A model generated the notes under the pieces. It worked only from the letters and a program-made list of their open reading frames with translations, was not told the origin of the DNA and did not search any database. Positions 1-7,349 of a stretch of 27,251 nucleotides of DNA are shown piece by piece. The stretch is from Candidatus Velthaea sp. (GTDB lineage Bacteria; Vulcanimicrobiota; Vulcanimicrobiia; Vulcanimicrobiales; Vulcanimicrobiaceae). The DNA is taken from assembly GCA_050012475.1 (NCBI GenBank), contig JBEKHC010000069.1:1-27251 (forward strand), given 5' to 3'. The position numbers and the translations under genes were made by a program. Numbering within the stretch: the first letter of the stretch is position 1; the number at the start of each line of letters is the position of its first letter.

Positions 1-354
1 TGGCCCAACGATCCCACTGGCAGGATGCGCGACGTTGAGAACTTCAAAATACGCGCATCCGGATGCTGGGGCGCGTCCGTCGGCAATCTTCTTCAACGTC
101 CACTGACATACGGTCGCGCCGGTGGGCTGCAGATGCGCGTTCTGATCGATGAACGTGGAGACGCCATCGATGCTGCCTGGAACCTTGATTTGGCCATCGA
201 GACGGCCCGTGAAGGCAGGCTCCGTATCCATGCTGACCACTTCCTCCGTTTCGGTCACCCATACCACGGAGGAGCCGTTGGCTGGCCCGCAATTGTCGTT
301 CGGCGGGCATTCCGTCCAGCCATGATTTTGACTGACTTTCACCATCTGTTTCAT
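1..354 (-). CDS. Hypothetical protein, runs off the left edge (MKQMVKVSQNHGWTECPPNDNCGPANGSSVVWVTETEE...)
   Basis: ATG at 354 is preceded by GAGAAGGGA (SD-like). The frame is open for 118 codons to position 1. It is absent from the ORF track because it has no stop in the window. Family not recognised. Confidence 0.6.
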   Translation of the reverse strand, partial: MKQMVKVSQNHGWTECPPNDNCGPANGSSVVWVTETEEVVSMDTEPAFTGRLDGQIKVPGSIDGVSTFIDQNAHLQPTGATVCQWTLKKIADGRAPASGCAYFEVLNVAHPASGIVGP

Positions 355-790
355 AACCGGATTCCCTTCTCTTTGCCGAGAGATTATTGAGCGGTTCCCT
401 TACTGGCTTCCGCACCGCGTCGCCGCGCGCCCGCCGAACGAGTCGGCGTCGTCGGGCGCTCATGCGCATCACGGTGCAGCGGGCAAACCCTTAAAACCGG
501 ATTCCCGATTACGTGCCCCCGGATTCCGAGCGGCCCGATGATTCCGGCAGTTTTCGGGCGTTTCGGCAGGCCGGGTCGTCGGCATGATGTGAAGCCCATG
601 CCGGTCCGGCGGGCACGAAAAACACTGCCGCATGGTCATGATGGCGCACCTCTCCCGTCGTGCTCCGGCACACGTGGCTTGAAGCACTTCAGTAAATATC
701 AATTACGTGAAGCGCTCAAATTCGCAAATCACAGAGGAGTCGGCTCTGCGTAGGCTCCGTCCGCGATTCTCAACATAACGCAGTACTACT

Positions 791-1093
791 CTACATAACG
801 GCTCCCGGAGCCTTCTCCAAACGACAATTGATCTTGGGCTCGTCTTTGCGCAACGTTCGTACGAATCGCTTCACAGCATCGTGGGCACCGTCGTACGCAT
901 GATGCTCGAGGAGGTCGTAATAGATGTCCGTCGCTTTGCGGCTAACAGTTTACTCGACTTGTCGGAGAAGCAACGGATTCAACGAAGTCGAACCTGAGGG
1001 CAGACTTGGGCGAGAGGGTCGACGTCGTCGACCTGTCGCGTTTGCGGTTGCGCCGCGAGCCGCCAGTCGTCGTTTGTCCGAGAACTCGGACAT
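791..1093 (-). pseudogene. istA: IS21-family transposase (IstA) N-terminal remnant
   Basis: 937->791 reads KATDIYYDLLEHHAYDGAHDAVKRFVRTLRKDEPKINCRLEKAPGAVM*, matching the IstA segment ATAIYQDLVEHHGY.G.Y.AVKRFVR.LR...RFET.PG. It is in frame with the upstream MSEFSDKRR...ATANATGRRR across a TAA at 950-952. It stops before the EAQVD/DDE core. Confidence 0.75.
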
Positions 1094-1219
1094 TTTCCTA
1101 CAACAGGGGGACGATCCACGCCGCGCGCGCGGGGCGTGCCTCTGCACGGCGAAGGGCCTAGCGCAGCTCCGCCACGACGTATACGAGAACGCTGGCGGCG
1201 AGTTCGCCGGCGACACCAG

Positions 1220-1365
1220 CTCGTCCGTCAACATCACCCTCGTCGAGCTGCGTCGACGATCGCCAAGATCTCGGCGGAGCCGTGCTGACTCGACGTGCGT
1301 CTCGACCTCGATGGCATCGATCAGTCGGGTCTTCAGCTCGGCAGCGGTAACCGCGGGCACGTCGA
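1220..1365 (-). pseudogene. Possible MarR-type winged-helix remnant
   Basis: KTRLIDAIEV...RRDLGDRRRSSTRVMLTDE resembles the MarR TRLIDRLE...RR.DP.DRR...V.LT wing. No convincing start or end. Confidence 0.25.
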
Positions 1366-1712
1366 ATTGAGAATGCATTGCACGGCGTATCACGTCGATG
1401 GCAACACCAGGCAAGGCCGGACGGCCACGGTTGCGTTCTAATTCAGAAGGCTTGCGTATGGAAGGGCCCGTCGGAGCGAAGCGCTCATAGGCCGGACACG
1501 TGCCGGCTCGAACGCTTCCGATTTTGTCCGACATCGTTCCGGACATTCGCGGTCTGATGTTCGTGCACGGTTTGATGCTCGCGAGCGAATAATTCAAGAC
1601 CGGACGAGTTTAATTCAGCGGTAACGTCCAGCGATTCACCGGTTCTTGATAGCGATTGACACTCTTGAGGTAGCGAACCGTCTTATAGGGCTGTGAGCCA
1701 TACAGTGTTACG

Positions 1713-1728
1713 TCTCCGAATTCGGAGA
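1713..1728. promoter_or_regulatory. Perfect 16-bp palindrome TCTCCGAATTCGGAGA, candidate operator
   Basis: Exact inverted symmetry in intergenic DNA. Confidence 0.35.
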
Positions 1729-1983
1729 GTCGTGCTCAATCGCCGAAATGTGCGGCTCCTGGAATGCGAACGACACCGCTTTCTGAAGGGAAGCGATTCG
1801 TCGTAGCGCGAGGCGCTCCTCACGTGGTTAACTGCCGCAAGCCTTTGCAGCGTTCGCGGCTGACGCCTGGCCAGGCAAGCTCAGACTCCAAACCCAGAGT
1901 CGATCTGGAATCTCCTCACTCCAGCTCGCGTATCGCGGATTCCGGCCGTTCATCAATTGCCCCAGCAGCCTCGCATCGGCGCT

Positions 1984-2154
1984 TCAGCCCGTACGATCCT
2001 CGCCATTGGGTGTGCGGATGGCCTCCCGAATCTCCGCGTTGGTTATGTCGGCTTCATTGCTCACCATACCGGTGTCGTCCGCGGCGATGATTGCGTTCTC
2101 CAGATCATCTCGCGCGGGTTCTTCTTCGACGTTGTCTCGTTCACGTTCGCTCAT
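1984..2154 (-). CDS. Small acidic hypothetical protein, 56 aa (MSERERDNVEEEPARDDLENAIIAADDTGMVSNEADITNAEIREAIRTPNGEDRTG)
   Basis: ATG 2154 to TGA 1984. Protein-like composition and GC3-biased codons. A TAGAAT -10-like hexamer lies 11 nt upstream. Below the ORF-track cutoff. Confidence 0.5.
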   Translation of the reverse strand: MSERERDNVEEEPARDDLENAIIAADDTGMVSNEADITNAEIREAIRTPNGEDRTG

Positions 2155-2402
2155 GCGATACGATGATTCTACGGCTCCAGTGCGACCCCGCTTTCGCTGG
2201 CGTTGGGAAATGTGAGCGCATTTCCGTCGACGTAGAAGCTGGCTTCAAGCTCGGCGCGCTATTCTATCAGGATGTCGACAAAGCCAGTCGTGTTCTCAGC
2301 AAAGCGATGCCGATAACCCGATGAGCACGGACAGCGCGCCGATTTTTCGCCCACTTAAGCCCGACCCGATCCGAAAAGAGGCAGGAATCGCTGAGAGTTT
2401 CT

Positions 2403-2442
2403 GGGCCCAAAAATGGTGCCGTTAGGGCCCGTTTTGGGGCCC
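2403..2442. repeat. GGGCCC x3 with an inverted repeat (GGGCCCAAAA ... TTTTGGGGCCC), resembling integrase arm-type sites
   Basis: GGGCCC at 2403, 2425 and 2437, about 80 bp from the tRNA-Asp-like 3' end. Confidence 0.4.
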
Positions 2443-2524
2443 AAGCTATCGCAACAGGACGCACCTACAAAGAACAAAACCCCGATTGTATCAGGGCTTC
2501 TTGTTGTGTGGTGTTGTGCTTGGA

Positions 2525-2600
2525 TGGCGACGCAGAAGGTGCTCGAACCCTCGACCTCCGCCGCGACAAGCTCGTACTCTAACGAAACAGCAGGCGGCCG
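2525..2600 (-). pseudogene. Decayed tRNA-Asp(GTC) / att-site remnant
   Basis: Minus strand reads GTTAGAGTACGAGCTTGTCGCGGCGGAGGTCGAGGGTTCGAGCACCTTCTGCGTCGCCA: D-loop remnant GTTAGAG, GTC anticodon position, Asp-typical GGCGGAGGTCG, T-loop GGTTCGAG and a GCCA end. The anticodon and acceptor stems no longer pair. Confidence 0.7.
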
Positions 2601-2636
2601 GGATCCCGTGCTGCCGTGCGGCTAGAGAGTCCCAGC

Positions 2637-3440
2637 TCAAGCACCCGAAGGCCTCTGCGGAAGATCACCTGATTCAGCTGCGATGGAGAGCGTCAGCTTC
2701 TTAAATGGTGCGACCGCCCCGCGCAAGTCGGGCACTGCGAAATTGGTCGTGCCGTCGCCGCCAAACGTCGTGCCCAGCAGCGAAAACAGGCCATGATTGT
2801 TTATTCGCATGCCCGCGGGCATGATCGGGAGTAGCCGGCCGTCGCATAAGGCCCAGCCGCTCGGAGCATAGTTGAACCCGAACATGCGGACTTCGCCAAT
2901 GAACGCATCTGAAGCAGAATCGGGATACTCTGGCGTCTCCCGTGGTGGCCAAGCGCCGTGCATTGCGATGCCGAACGTTAGCGGCTTAAACGGCGCAACC
3001 ATGCTGCGCAAGTCGGGGAGTGCAAAATTGGTCATGCCATTGCCGCCAAAAGCAGCACCTATTAAACCAAAGAGCCCTTGATCCTCGCCTATCCGAACTA
3101 GCCGGCCATCGCACGAGGTCCAGCCCCACGGAGCAAAGTTGAAGCCGAACATTCGGATTTCGCCCACGTATCCAGCCGTAGCAGGGCCTGCGGGATCTGC
3201 CACTGGGTAAACGCCCTGCGCTGCGATGCAGAAAGTCAGCGGCTTAAACGGTGCGATCATGCCGCGCAAGTCGGGCACGGCGAAATTGGTCGTGCCGTCG
3301 CCGCCAAACGTCGCGCCCAGCAGTGAAAAAAGCTCTTGATTTTCACTTATGGGGAGCAGACGGCCATCGCACGGAAGCCACCAGACCGGGGCAAAGTTGA
3401 ACCCGAACACGCGGATTTCGCCGATAAAGGGCGTCATCAT
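2637..3440 (-). CDS. Phage tail-collar domain protein (MdpB-like) with three tandem collar domains
   Basis: Three copies of [FY][IV]GE[IV]RxFGFNxAPxxWxxCDGRL...LFxLxGxxFGGxGxTNFAxPDLR...PFKxLTxxIA. SD GAGGA before ATGATG. Confidence 0.92.
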   Translation of the reverse strand: MMTPFIGEIRVFGFNFAPVWWLPCDGRLLPISENQELFSLLGATFGGDGTTNFAVPDLRGMIAPFKPLTFCIAAQGVYPVADPAGPATAGYVGEIRMFGFNFAPWGWTSCDGRLVRIGEDQGLFGLIGAAFGGNGMTNFALPDLRSMVAPFKPLTFGIAMHGAWPPRETPEYPDSASDAFIGEVRMFGFNYAPSGWALCDGRLLPIMPAGMRINNHGLFSLLGTTFGGDGTTNFAVPDLRGAVAPFKKLTLSIAAESGDLPQRPSGA

Positions 3441-3489
3441 GGTTTCCTCATACGTTTGGGTAATTCGCTCCCCCGTTGCCTCGCTCCGT

Positions 3490-4015
3490 TGACGTCCCGC
3501 ATTTCGCGCCCTTTCACCCCAAGATGACCAATCTTCATAGGCGGGACGCCACCTACGTGCGCACGGGCTGCTCCATCGCGACTTCGACCTGCGGATCTAA
3601 GAGCATTACAGCGTCCTTCCGGCTTCGCCGACCAGGTCTACGCCATCATGCATCTGTTGGGTTCGGCTTCGTCTCGCGCGTCCAGATTCCCAGATTAACG
3701 CTTGGTTCATGCTGCGCCGCGCAGCAATTATCTGACCACAAGAGTCCTGTCCTCATGGGCGGTACCATCATCGCCGCGCGCATCCGCATCCAGTGGAACG
3801 AAAACGCTGTACCTGGTGACGCTAAAAAAAGCACGGCTCGATGAGCGCGTGGCTCATGGCGCGAAAGCTCCGCAGCTATCCCGCCAGAACGAGATGACCG
3901 TGGCGCTGCGGAACATCGGGCAGATCGAACGCCCCCTCTTCTCCTTGGAGTGGCTGCAGGACGTCGAGCTGCGCCGGCCCCGTCCACGCCCGGCTCAATA
4001 AAGGTGACGCCCAAA
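3490..4015 (+). pseudogene. tnpA: Tn3-family transposase (TnpA) internal remnant with multiple frameshifts
   Basis: Across frames: FAPFHPKM..RDATYV, DLRI.EHY, DQVYAIMHLLG, MGGTII..RIRIQWNE, LMARKLRSYP/RQNEMTVALRNIGQIERPLFSLEWLQDVELRR, LNKG. These are collinear with Tn21-like TnpA (APFH..[47 protein letters not shown]..LNKGE). Confidence 0.88.
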
Positions 4016-4184
4016 GAACTCCCGCCCCCGCTGAGCGCGGGCGTCGTCGGCTCGCTCGATCGATGTACCTTCTCGCGCCAAGTCCAAAATGCCGCCCGCA
4101 TGACCGCATACGTACTCAAGCGAACTCGGGAACTCTTGAGCAAAAACCGTACCGGCATCCACAAGACGGGAAAGGGCAAACACG

Positions 4185-4877
4185 ATGATTATCGCTGTTG
4201 CAGCATTCGAAACCGATCAGGAAATGACTTGGGAATACAACACCGGATACCAAGGCGCTCCCAGCTTAATGCTAACGCTTGGGCAAGCCCAGTATACCGA
4301 CTCTTTCGGAAACCCTCCATATATCATCCTTGTCGATTCCTTCAAAGCTGTCGTGCAGCCGAACAACCATGGCGCAAGCCTTTTCTGTGCGTCCGTTGGG
4401 TTCGCGAACGCTGGAGCGAACAATCAGCGAATCCAATACGGAACGACGGATTCAGGCGAAGAGTTCACCGTCAAGCTGAACGGTTTCACCGGCCTTCCGT
4501 GTGTGTTTTTAAGTCTGCAGAACGCCTGGTATCAGGGTGCGTTTGGCTCCATTCCAAAAGTGGTGTCCGCGAGCCAGGACTCCGTAACGATCAACCCGTG
4601 CAACCTCGGGGGGATCACGCACTGGGTTGCGATCGGCCCGGGGGCGCCGGGAATCGTCGCAAAAGTGCAGACAGTCGTACAACAAAGCGACACAGACTTC
4701 GTCTGGACATTCAATTCCAGCTTCGACGCTCCGCCCGCGATCATCGTCACTTTGCAGAACGGCTCATACCGCGGGGCGATCGGGCACCAGCCTCAGATCG
4801 CAGACGTAGGTCGCACTTCAGCAACAATCCGCCCCTGTAATAGTGGCTGCATCGTCAATTGTGTGGCATTCGGTTAA
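4185..4877 (+). CDS. Triple-repeat beta-rich protein, gp53-like/H-type-lectin-like fold (tentative)
   Basis: 230 aa with three ~72-aa repeats sharing F/Y-x-x-x-P-x-[LVI]-x-[LV]-[TS]-L..Y.G/D.[FI]G..P...[IV].P.N.G... and ending CASVG, WVAIG and CVAFG. SD-like GGGAAAGGG upstream. The fold call is inference. Confidence 0.75.
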   Translation: MIIAVAAFETDQEMTWEYNTGYQGAPSLMLTLGQAQYTDSFGNPPYIILVDSFKAVVQPNNHGASLFCASVGFANAGANNQRIQYGTTDSGEEFTVKLNGFTGLPCVFLSLQNAWYQGAFGSIPKVVSASQDSVTINPCNLGGITHWVAIGPGAPGIVAKVQTVVQQSDTDFVWTFNSSFDAPPAIIVTLQNGSYRGAIGHQPQIADVGRTSATIRPCNSGCIVNCVAFG

Positions 4878-4974
4878 GCGTGTGACCGATTTCACTCGGC
4901 TGCAAAGCCGTTAAAAACGGCGGGTCGAGGACCTTGCGACTGCGGCGGCATCGCGTTCGTTGCTGCCGCGGTTG

Positions 4975-5193
4975 TTAAAACAGACGGTGTATGTGCCGCT
5001 GAAGTCCTCTTTTTTCCTCAGGATCTGGGTCGTAGCAAGAGATGAGCCAGGGCAGATCGCGCTCGGTCAGCCGTTGCTCGATTTCGATGGGCGTGATCTT
5101 CCGGACGTCGGGCGACCAGTCGCATAGAATTCTGCTATCTCTCAAAATTTCTAAGAGCGGGGCGGCTGCGAGGCAGACCAGCTTTACGAGCAC
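4975..5193 (-). CDS. Hypothetical protein or gene fragment
   Basis: 72-aa ORF with protein-like composition and a GTG start. No family recognised. Confidence 0.25.
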   Translation of the reverse strand: MLVKLVCLAAAPLLEILRDSRILCDWSPDVRKITPIEIEQRLTERDLPWLISCYDPDPEEKRGLQRHIHRLF

Positions 5194-5270
5194 GGGAAGG
5201 TAGCACTTTCCTCTCGTCCCGCGTCGATTGCCTCATAGAAGCGCTGGTTGCCACCACTTTGTGCATGCCA

Positions 5271-5435
5271 ACTCAGACGGAGACGATCCTTCGCGGCACT
5301 TTCGGACCCGATCGCAAACCAAGAAGAGCCGATGCGACGAACTCCAATATGACGATGATTGGTGAGCAGGGGTTGCTACGCAGCTACGCAGACCGGCTCA
5401 CGATTTATTCCGATCGACACACCGTCGTGCAACAA
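5271..5435 (+). pseudogene. Possible ISNCY/rve-type transposase fragment
   Basis: ETILRGTF...LLRSYADRLTIYSDRHTVVQ resembles the ...YG.PL.IYSDRHTIFQ second-Asp motif of ISNCY integrase cores. Heavily degraded. Confidence 0.3.
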
Positions 5436-5530
5436 AGCCTCGACCGTGGCGATGGCATGCGGTGCGCTGCCGGTGCTATTCCCGATTGCCGGCAGATAGC
5501 ACGGTCGGTCGCGACGCCATGCCGGCCCCT

Positions 5531-5690
5531 CGTCTAACGGCCGTCTAACGGACGCGTTAGATTTTCCCGGGATTTAGCGGGACCAGGGGGGAGGCAGAAT
5601 CGCGAAAACCCCTTACAGGACGGGACTTCTCGGTAGCCGACGGGACCGGCCAGAATGCCCGTTGATGGGTTCGAATCTTCTTGGGCTATA
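5531..5690 (+). mobile_element. att-like end of an integrative element: tandem arm-like repeat plus a tRNA 3' fragment
   Basis: Direct repeat CGTCTAACGG at 5531-5540 and 5542-5551, then AAAACCCC, then GGGTTCGAATC (tRNA T-loop) at 5667-5677 with no 5' tRNA half. Confidence 0.5.
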
Positions 5691-6036
5691 ATCCGAAGCC
5701 ATTAGATAGTCTTGAATTACTTAACCGAAAATCGAATAGGCTTTGCGTTGTGGTGCCGGGCGTTTGATATCAAATCTGCAGGACGGTTCCAACCGATATT
5801 CAGCAACGGAAATTCATCTTACAGTGTAAGCCGGGCGACTTTTCGAACTTGCGACGTACCTCCCGCGGGTGGATCGCAAGTTCGGTATGTCCAAGATTGT
5901 AAGCTACTTTGGAAACTTGATTTAACGCGTTGTGAATATGCAAGCCAATACTGTGACGGTATCCCGAGAATCGCGCGCCTGTTCCACCACTCTCGAAGCT
6001 CGCCCTTTCGATTGATTCGCCACCGTACATCTCCAT

Positions 6037-6330
6037 AACCGATTGATAGCTACCGTGCACGACGCCGCCCTTGCCGCATTCCGCGACGATGAACGGCCGG
6101 GACAACTTAGGCGCTGCGCGACCTGCCGGAATCGGAGGCCACTTTGGATTCGGTGGCTGGTTTTGGGTCGGTGGGCACTTTGGAATCGCTGGTCCATTTT
6201 GCCAACTCGATCCCGGCCGCGACTCGACGGCGGCGAACGGCCGCCCGGTGATGGCCTCCCCCAACCGTCCGCTCCAAACCCGAGCGCAAGAGGCCCAGGA
6301 TCGTATTCGCAGGATTCGAACTCGAGCGTT
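6037..6330 (-). pseudogene. istA: Second IS21-family IstA N-terminal remnant
   Basis: NTILGLLRSGLER...GHHRAAVRR..AAGI..AKWTSDSKVPTDPKPATESKVASDSGRSRSA*, then after a frameshift RPFIVAECGKG..GSYQSV. This matches the IstA HTH, linker and FI.AE..KG..GSY..V pattern. Confidence 0.7.
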
Positions 6331-6436
6331 CGTTGCCCGATAGGCTCCCAACAAGCCGTGCGCCTTGTCGGTGGCAACAAATTAAGATGTATTTTGAAGT
6401 AGAGGTGGCGTTCGGAAACAAGCCAAAGAGCCGCGG

Positions 6437-7321
6437 ATGATCGCTGTGCTTGGACTCGGCATCATGGGCGCGGCTCTCGCGCGCGATGCCGCTCGTGGCG
6501 GTATAGCCACCGTTGCGTGGGACCGGAACCCGGAGCGCGGCGCGGCATTCACCAGCGCCAACCTGACCTTCGCAGCGAATGTGGCAGACGCGGTCCGTGA
6601 CGCTGATGTTGTTGTCACCATGGTCGCCGATGCCGATGCCGTGATGAACGTCATGCAAGACTTTGGGGCGCTCGCCGCGATGAAAGCCGGCGCAAGTTGG
6701 GTTCAGATGGCGACGATCGGGGTCGCAGGGATCGATCGCGCGCTTCTCCTCGCGCGAACGCGTCCCGAGATCGTGTTCGTCGACGCACCGGTTTCAGGCA
6801 GCCGCGGCCCGGCCGAAGAAGGCAAACTCGTCGTCCTCGCGTCCGGAGATCGCCAGCGTGCGGGCGCCGAAACACAGCGCTTCTTCGAGGCAATCGCGAC
6901 GAAGGTCCACTGGCTCGGCGAGGCCGGCCAAGGCACGCGCATGAAACTGGTGTTCAATGCCTGGATGGGGCTTCTCATGGAGGGAGTTGCCGAAGTGGCT
7001 TCGCTATGTGACGTACTGTCGGTCGATCCGGCGAGTTTCGCCGAACTCGCGGCCGGCGGACCATTGTTTCCTCCGTGGGCGCTGCAAAAGCTCCGCAAGA
7101 TCATCGACAACGGGGTCACCTATCCCGAGTTTCCGTTGCGTTGGGCTGAGAAAGATGTGCGCCTCGCCTTGTCTGCCGCCGGGAAGGCGAGCGCCGCATT
7201 ACCAATACTGAATGAAATCGCGACCGTATGGGGCGACGCCGCCGAAGAGTTCGGCTCCTATGATCTGAGTGCCGTATACCTCGCCCTGCAACGCCGGCGA
7301 GAATCGGTCGCGTCAAGTTGA
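6437..7321 (+). CDS. NAD(P)-dependent beta-hydroxyacid dehydrogenase (3-hydroxyisobutyrate dehydrogenase family)
   Basis: VLGLGIMG Rossmann motif, FVDAPVSGS, catalytic Lys in GQGTRMKLVFN, and F.L....KD. Confidence 0.93.
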   Translation: MIAVLGLGIMGAALARDAARGGIATVAWDRNPERGAAFTSANLTFAANVADAVRDADVVVTMVADADAVMNVMQDFGALAAMKAGASWVQMATIGVAGIDRALLLARTRPEIVFVDAPVSGSRGPAEEGKLVVLASGDRQRAGAETQRFFEAIATKVHWLGEAGQGTRMKLVFNAWMGLLMEGVAEVASLCDVLSVDPASFAELAAGGPLFPPWALQKLRKIIDNGVTYPEFPLRWAEKDVRLALSAAGKASAALPILNEIATVWGDAAEEFGSYDLSAVYLALQRRRESVASS

Positions 7322-7349
7322 GTAGCACCGCACCGGTAGGGGCCCGTTG

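Noticed and set aside
380..520. Cobalamin or c-di-GMP riboswitch
   Set aside because: Only fragments match (GGGAA.CCGGT, GCCCG..CCGTGA, AGCCAG; GGCAAACC on the other strand). The conserved stems and B12 box are not recoverable.
924..1370. HDVYENAGGEF as an MDR oxidoreductase motif
   Set aside because: A single short match with no other family motifs.
950..1597. 215-aa minus-strand ORF as a real gene
   Set aside because: It is a mosaic of low-complexity sequence, a possible MarR trace and the IS21 remnant, with no SD or coherent domain.
3950..4840. 296-aa + ORF
   Set aside because: Alternative frame over 4185-4877. Arg/Ser-rich and lacks the repeat structure.
2637..4877. Intact prophage or contractile injection system
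   Set aside because: No capsid, sheath, tube, baseplate, terminase or integrase genes in the window.
5712..6038. 108-aa TTG ORF in low-GC DNA
   Set aside because: No SD, no recognisable motif and atypical composition.
6312..6321. GGATTCGAAC as a tRNA T-loop
   Set aside because: It lies within the IS21 remnant and has no T-stem or acceptor context.
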